From Tubulanus polymorphus (lineage: Eukaryota > Animalia > Nemertea): 64,000 nucleotides of DNA. The notes below the pieces were generated by a model. It was not told the DNA's origin and did not search any database. It saw only the letters and a list, made by a program, of their open reading frames with translations. The translations under genes and the position numbers were made by a program. Location of the stretch: NCBI RefSeq assembly GCF_964204645.1, contig NC_134025.1:23850299-23914298 (forward strand). Direction: 5' to 3'. Positions 62,601 to 64,000 of the stretch are shown here, one piece after another. Every line of letters starts with the position of its first letter. The stretch's first letter is position 1.

Positions 62601-63891
62601 AACTCTGGAAACTGTTGCATTGTGGTGGTGCTGGGAATGCAACTGCAATATATCCAAATCTGCTCCCATTATTGAGTAAAATTCCTGATGACACAACCAA
62701 TGAGGGTTTCTATGCAAAGTTTTTTAACAATATGAAAGCCGGGTAAGCACTCAAACTATCTATTTATTCACCAATGGTAGAAAACCTAATGATCCTCTCG
62801 ATGTTTATGCTGCCGAAAAGTTCCGATTGCAGTCGCAATAATGTATACCGGCAACTCTGTGATTATAAGTGTATTTCCATTTTTGCAGTTTATCTGAAAG
62901 AAAAGTTCAGCAAAGCTCCAGTGAATGTGGGGCCGTTGTCTCAGCATTCATGGAATGTCTGCGATACGCTCTTATGAAAAGTTTCAATAGAAACTCTGAG
63001 AATGAAACATTCCATGAATTTTTGCTTAGTGATCAGGTATGTCAGCTCCATATTTAGATATAAAATTTACAATATGCTTGTATTGTGAAAATGAAATTGA
63101 GTATTGGATCAATGTGATTTTTTTATTTTTAGCTCATTGCCATAATACAAGCAGCCATTACTGAGAATGAGAGCTCCCTGGTCAATTCACCGCTGTTCAG
63201 AGAACTAACCTCATTTTTGGTATTTCTCCATAAAGCAAATGAAAACCGATATGAGAAAATCTATCGCATTTTCTGGAAGTATTTTTCGGAAATTTGTATC
63301 TTGACGTTGGATAGTTGCGGTGTCGATGGTAAACGTAATTACATCATACATAGACTAGCGTTGTTGATCGAAGCACTGCATTCGCCCATCCAGTATGTCG
63401 GCAAAACTTCAACTCGCGTCTGCTTTACTGATGGAAAGTCCCCCACCAGAATGGTCTCGGCAAAAGCTAAATTGCCGAATGTTGCGACGATCGATACGTC
63501 TGTATTGCTCGATCCTGCTGGGAACTGTGTCAATCTAGTCAGTAATTTGTGCCATAAGAGTTTCAGTATAGCAAGAGAACATAAATCTCATCCCCACATT
63601 AGATTCTTATCGACGGTTCTTGCTCGCTATAAAATGCAGTGTCTGTTTATGAACGTTTTGGATCAGTTCGGTGAGTCCCAACAGCCCGATGTGCACGTCA
63701 CTCGTGCATTCATGAGAGACATAGTACTGCCATGGATACACGAGTTTGAGAATGCTGATAATGCCAATGATGATGATGATGATAGTGATGAAAATGATGA
63801 GGTGCTTCCGGCATTAATAGACCTGCTATTCTCGACGTATGAAGCTGCTCCTTTGGATATTCGATATGATCTGCTTGCACTCATATCTAAG
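56618..63891 (+). CDS. LTN1: E3 ubiquitin ligase listerin (RQC), 5' part; continues beyond the window
   Basis: Exons 56618-56668 ([17 protein letters not shown]), 56757-56957 ([29 protein letters not shown]), 57037-57134 ([13 protein letters not shown]), 57665-57948 ([11 protein letters not shown]), 58429-58609 (KFWKYGK), 58703-58876, 62558-62742 ([13 protein letters not shown]), 62889-63036, 63133-63891. Confidence 0.95.
59125..59978 (+). mobile_element. Internally deleted hAT-like DNA transposon, 12-bp TIR, 6-bp TSD
   Basis: TIR CAGAGATGCTAG/CTAGCATCTCTG. TSD GAACTT at 59119-59124 and 59979-59984. Subterminal TTCCGGAA repeats. Frameshifted BED-like zinc-finger remnant ([25 protein letters not shown] / DILRH..RHK) at ~59581-59830. 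Confidence 0.85.
60182..61174 (+). CDS. Intronless rhodopsin-class 7TM GPCR (FMRFamide-receptor/Srw-like), nested in an LTN1 intron
   Basis: 330-aa ORF from the ATG at 60182 with seven hydrophobic segments. Motifs: N-glycosylation NST, TM1 GFLLN, TM2 LTIVD, TM3 [14 protein letters not shown]6 FLICESP, TM7 [16 protein letters not shown]. Confidence 0.88.
   Translation: MDNSTKTVCLWRQKNYVWLTVLMYISNPICTCGFLLNIFSFFILRIYRSKSTGFLLLQMLTIVDNCFLVNSFLVVNARRIFSFTKYGAGFYYLADAYIGPRFIRYFAPSNIAFRMTRNWLIVLVSLDRAIHIIYPLRAIVICTKQNFIAVFLVIFAISALLQGARACCVELVVKNPDCPFNFPILRFYKHFPYGMNELGVVVPTIVCLFLLLLMANIVLAVSLFKAQRQRSDLTHATVPKSTSESQATILAFGILMTFLICESPNSVERILELIWRSKNRLRSHPMIQVSIQIDSCVNFFVYCLSSRKFRQIVKRTLQCSSTSRKQRKIF
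61751..61821 (+). pseudogene. Decayed, internally deleted copy of LTN1 exon 62558-62742
   Basis: aggattgctgg + aaatctgct..attattgagtaaaattc..atgacacaacca match the start and later part of the functional exon. Confidence 0.7.
62005..62325 (+). pseudogene. Decayed 5' paralog of the nested GPCR
   Basis: Shares the leader tctgaggtca..gaatatctgtcagttc. Reads [17 protein letters not shown] (TGG to TAG), then deleted or frameshifted blocks ttctgttgaatatattc, ttcaccaagta and cgaggttcat.agatattttgcgccgtc. Confidence 0.85.
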
Positions 63892-64000
63892 GTATGTATC
63901 ATCGGTCATCATTGATAATGTAGATTTTAGGAATCCTGGCATAAGAATGACGATTATACACCACGCTATTACTGGAAATTATTATCTGTGCTCATTGTAT

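Noticed and set aside
1-64000. CRISPR arrays, operons, rRNA or intact tRNA genes, U12-type introns
   Set aside because: The DNA is eukaryotic and spliced. I found no repeat-spacer array or full cloverleaf, and all introns I reconstructed are GT-AG without the RTATCCT donor.

Overview
Gene-dense, AT-rich, intron-containing animal genomic DNA. It is probably a compact invertebrate (lophotrochozoan-like) genome; that assignment is an inference. Spliced genes reconstructed by hand from GT-AG boundaries: 3' half of a neurabin/spinophilin-like gene (+), MGAT5 (+), MRPL33 (-), TMED10 (+), a ~1234-aa MBD-PHD-F-box-LRR protein (-), AP5M1 (-), a small ankyrin-repeat gene (+), WARS2 (-) and the 5' part of LTN1 (+). 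Highlights: (1) the MBD-PHD-F-box-LRR protein has an FBXL19/KDM2-like layout with a methyl-CpG-type reader in place of CXXC; (2) two of its introns each carry a U85-like composite C/D-H/ACA scaRNA; (3) an intronless GPCR is nested in an LTN1 intron within a tandem duplication that decayed reciprocally and preserves the empty site of a 6-bp-TSD hAT-like insertion; (4) an intronic palindrome is built from two Penelope/Neptune-type hammerhead-like termini; (5) a Helitron has a duplicated terminator; (6) neurabin has candidate neural microexons. All family calls come from motif recognition, not database searches.
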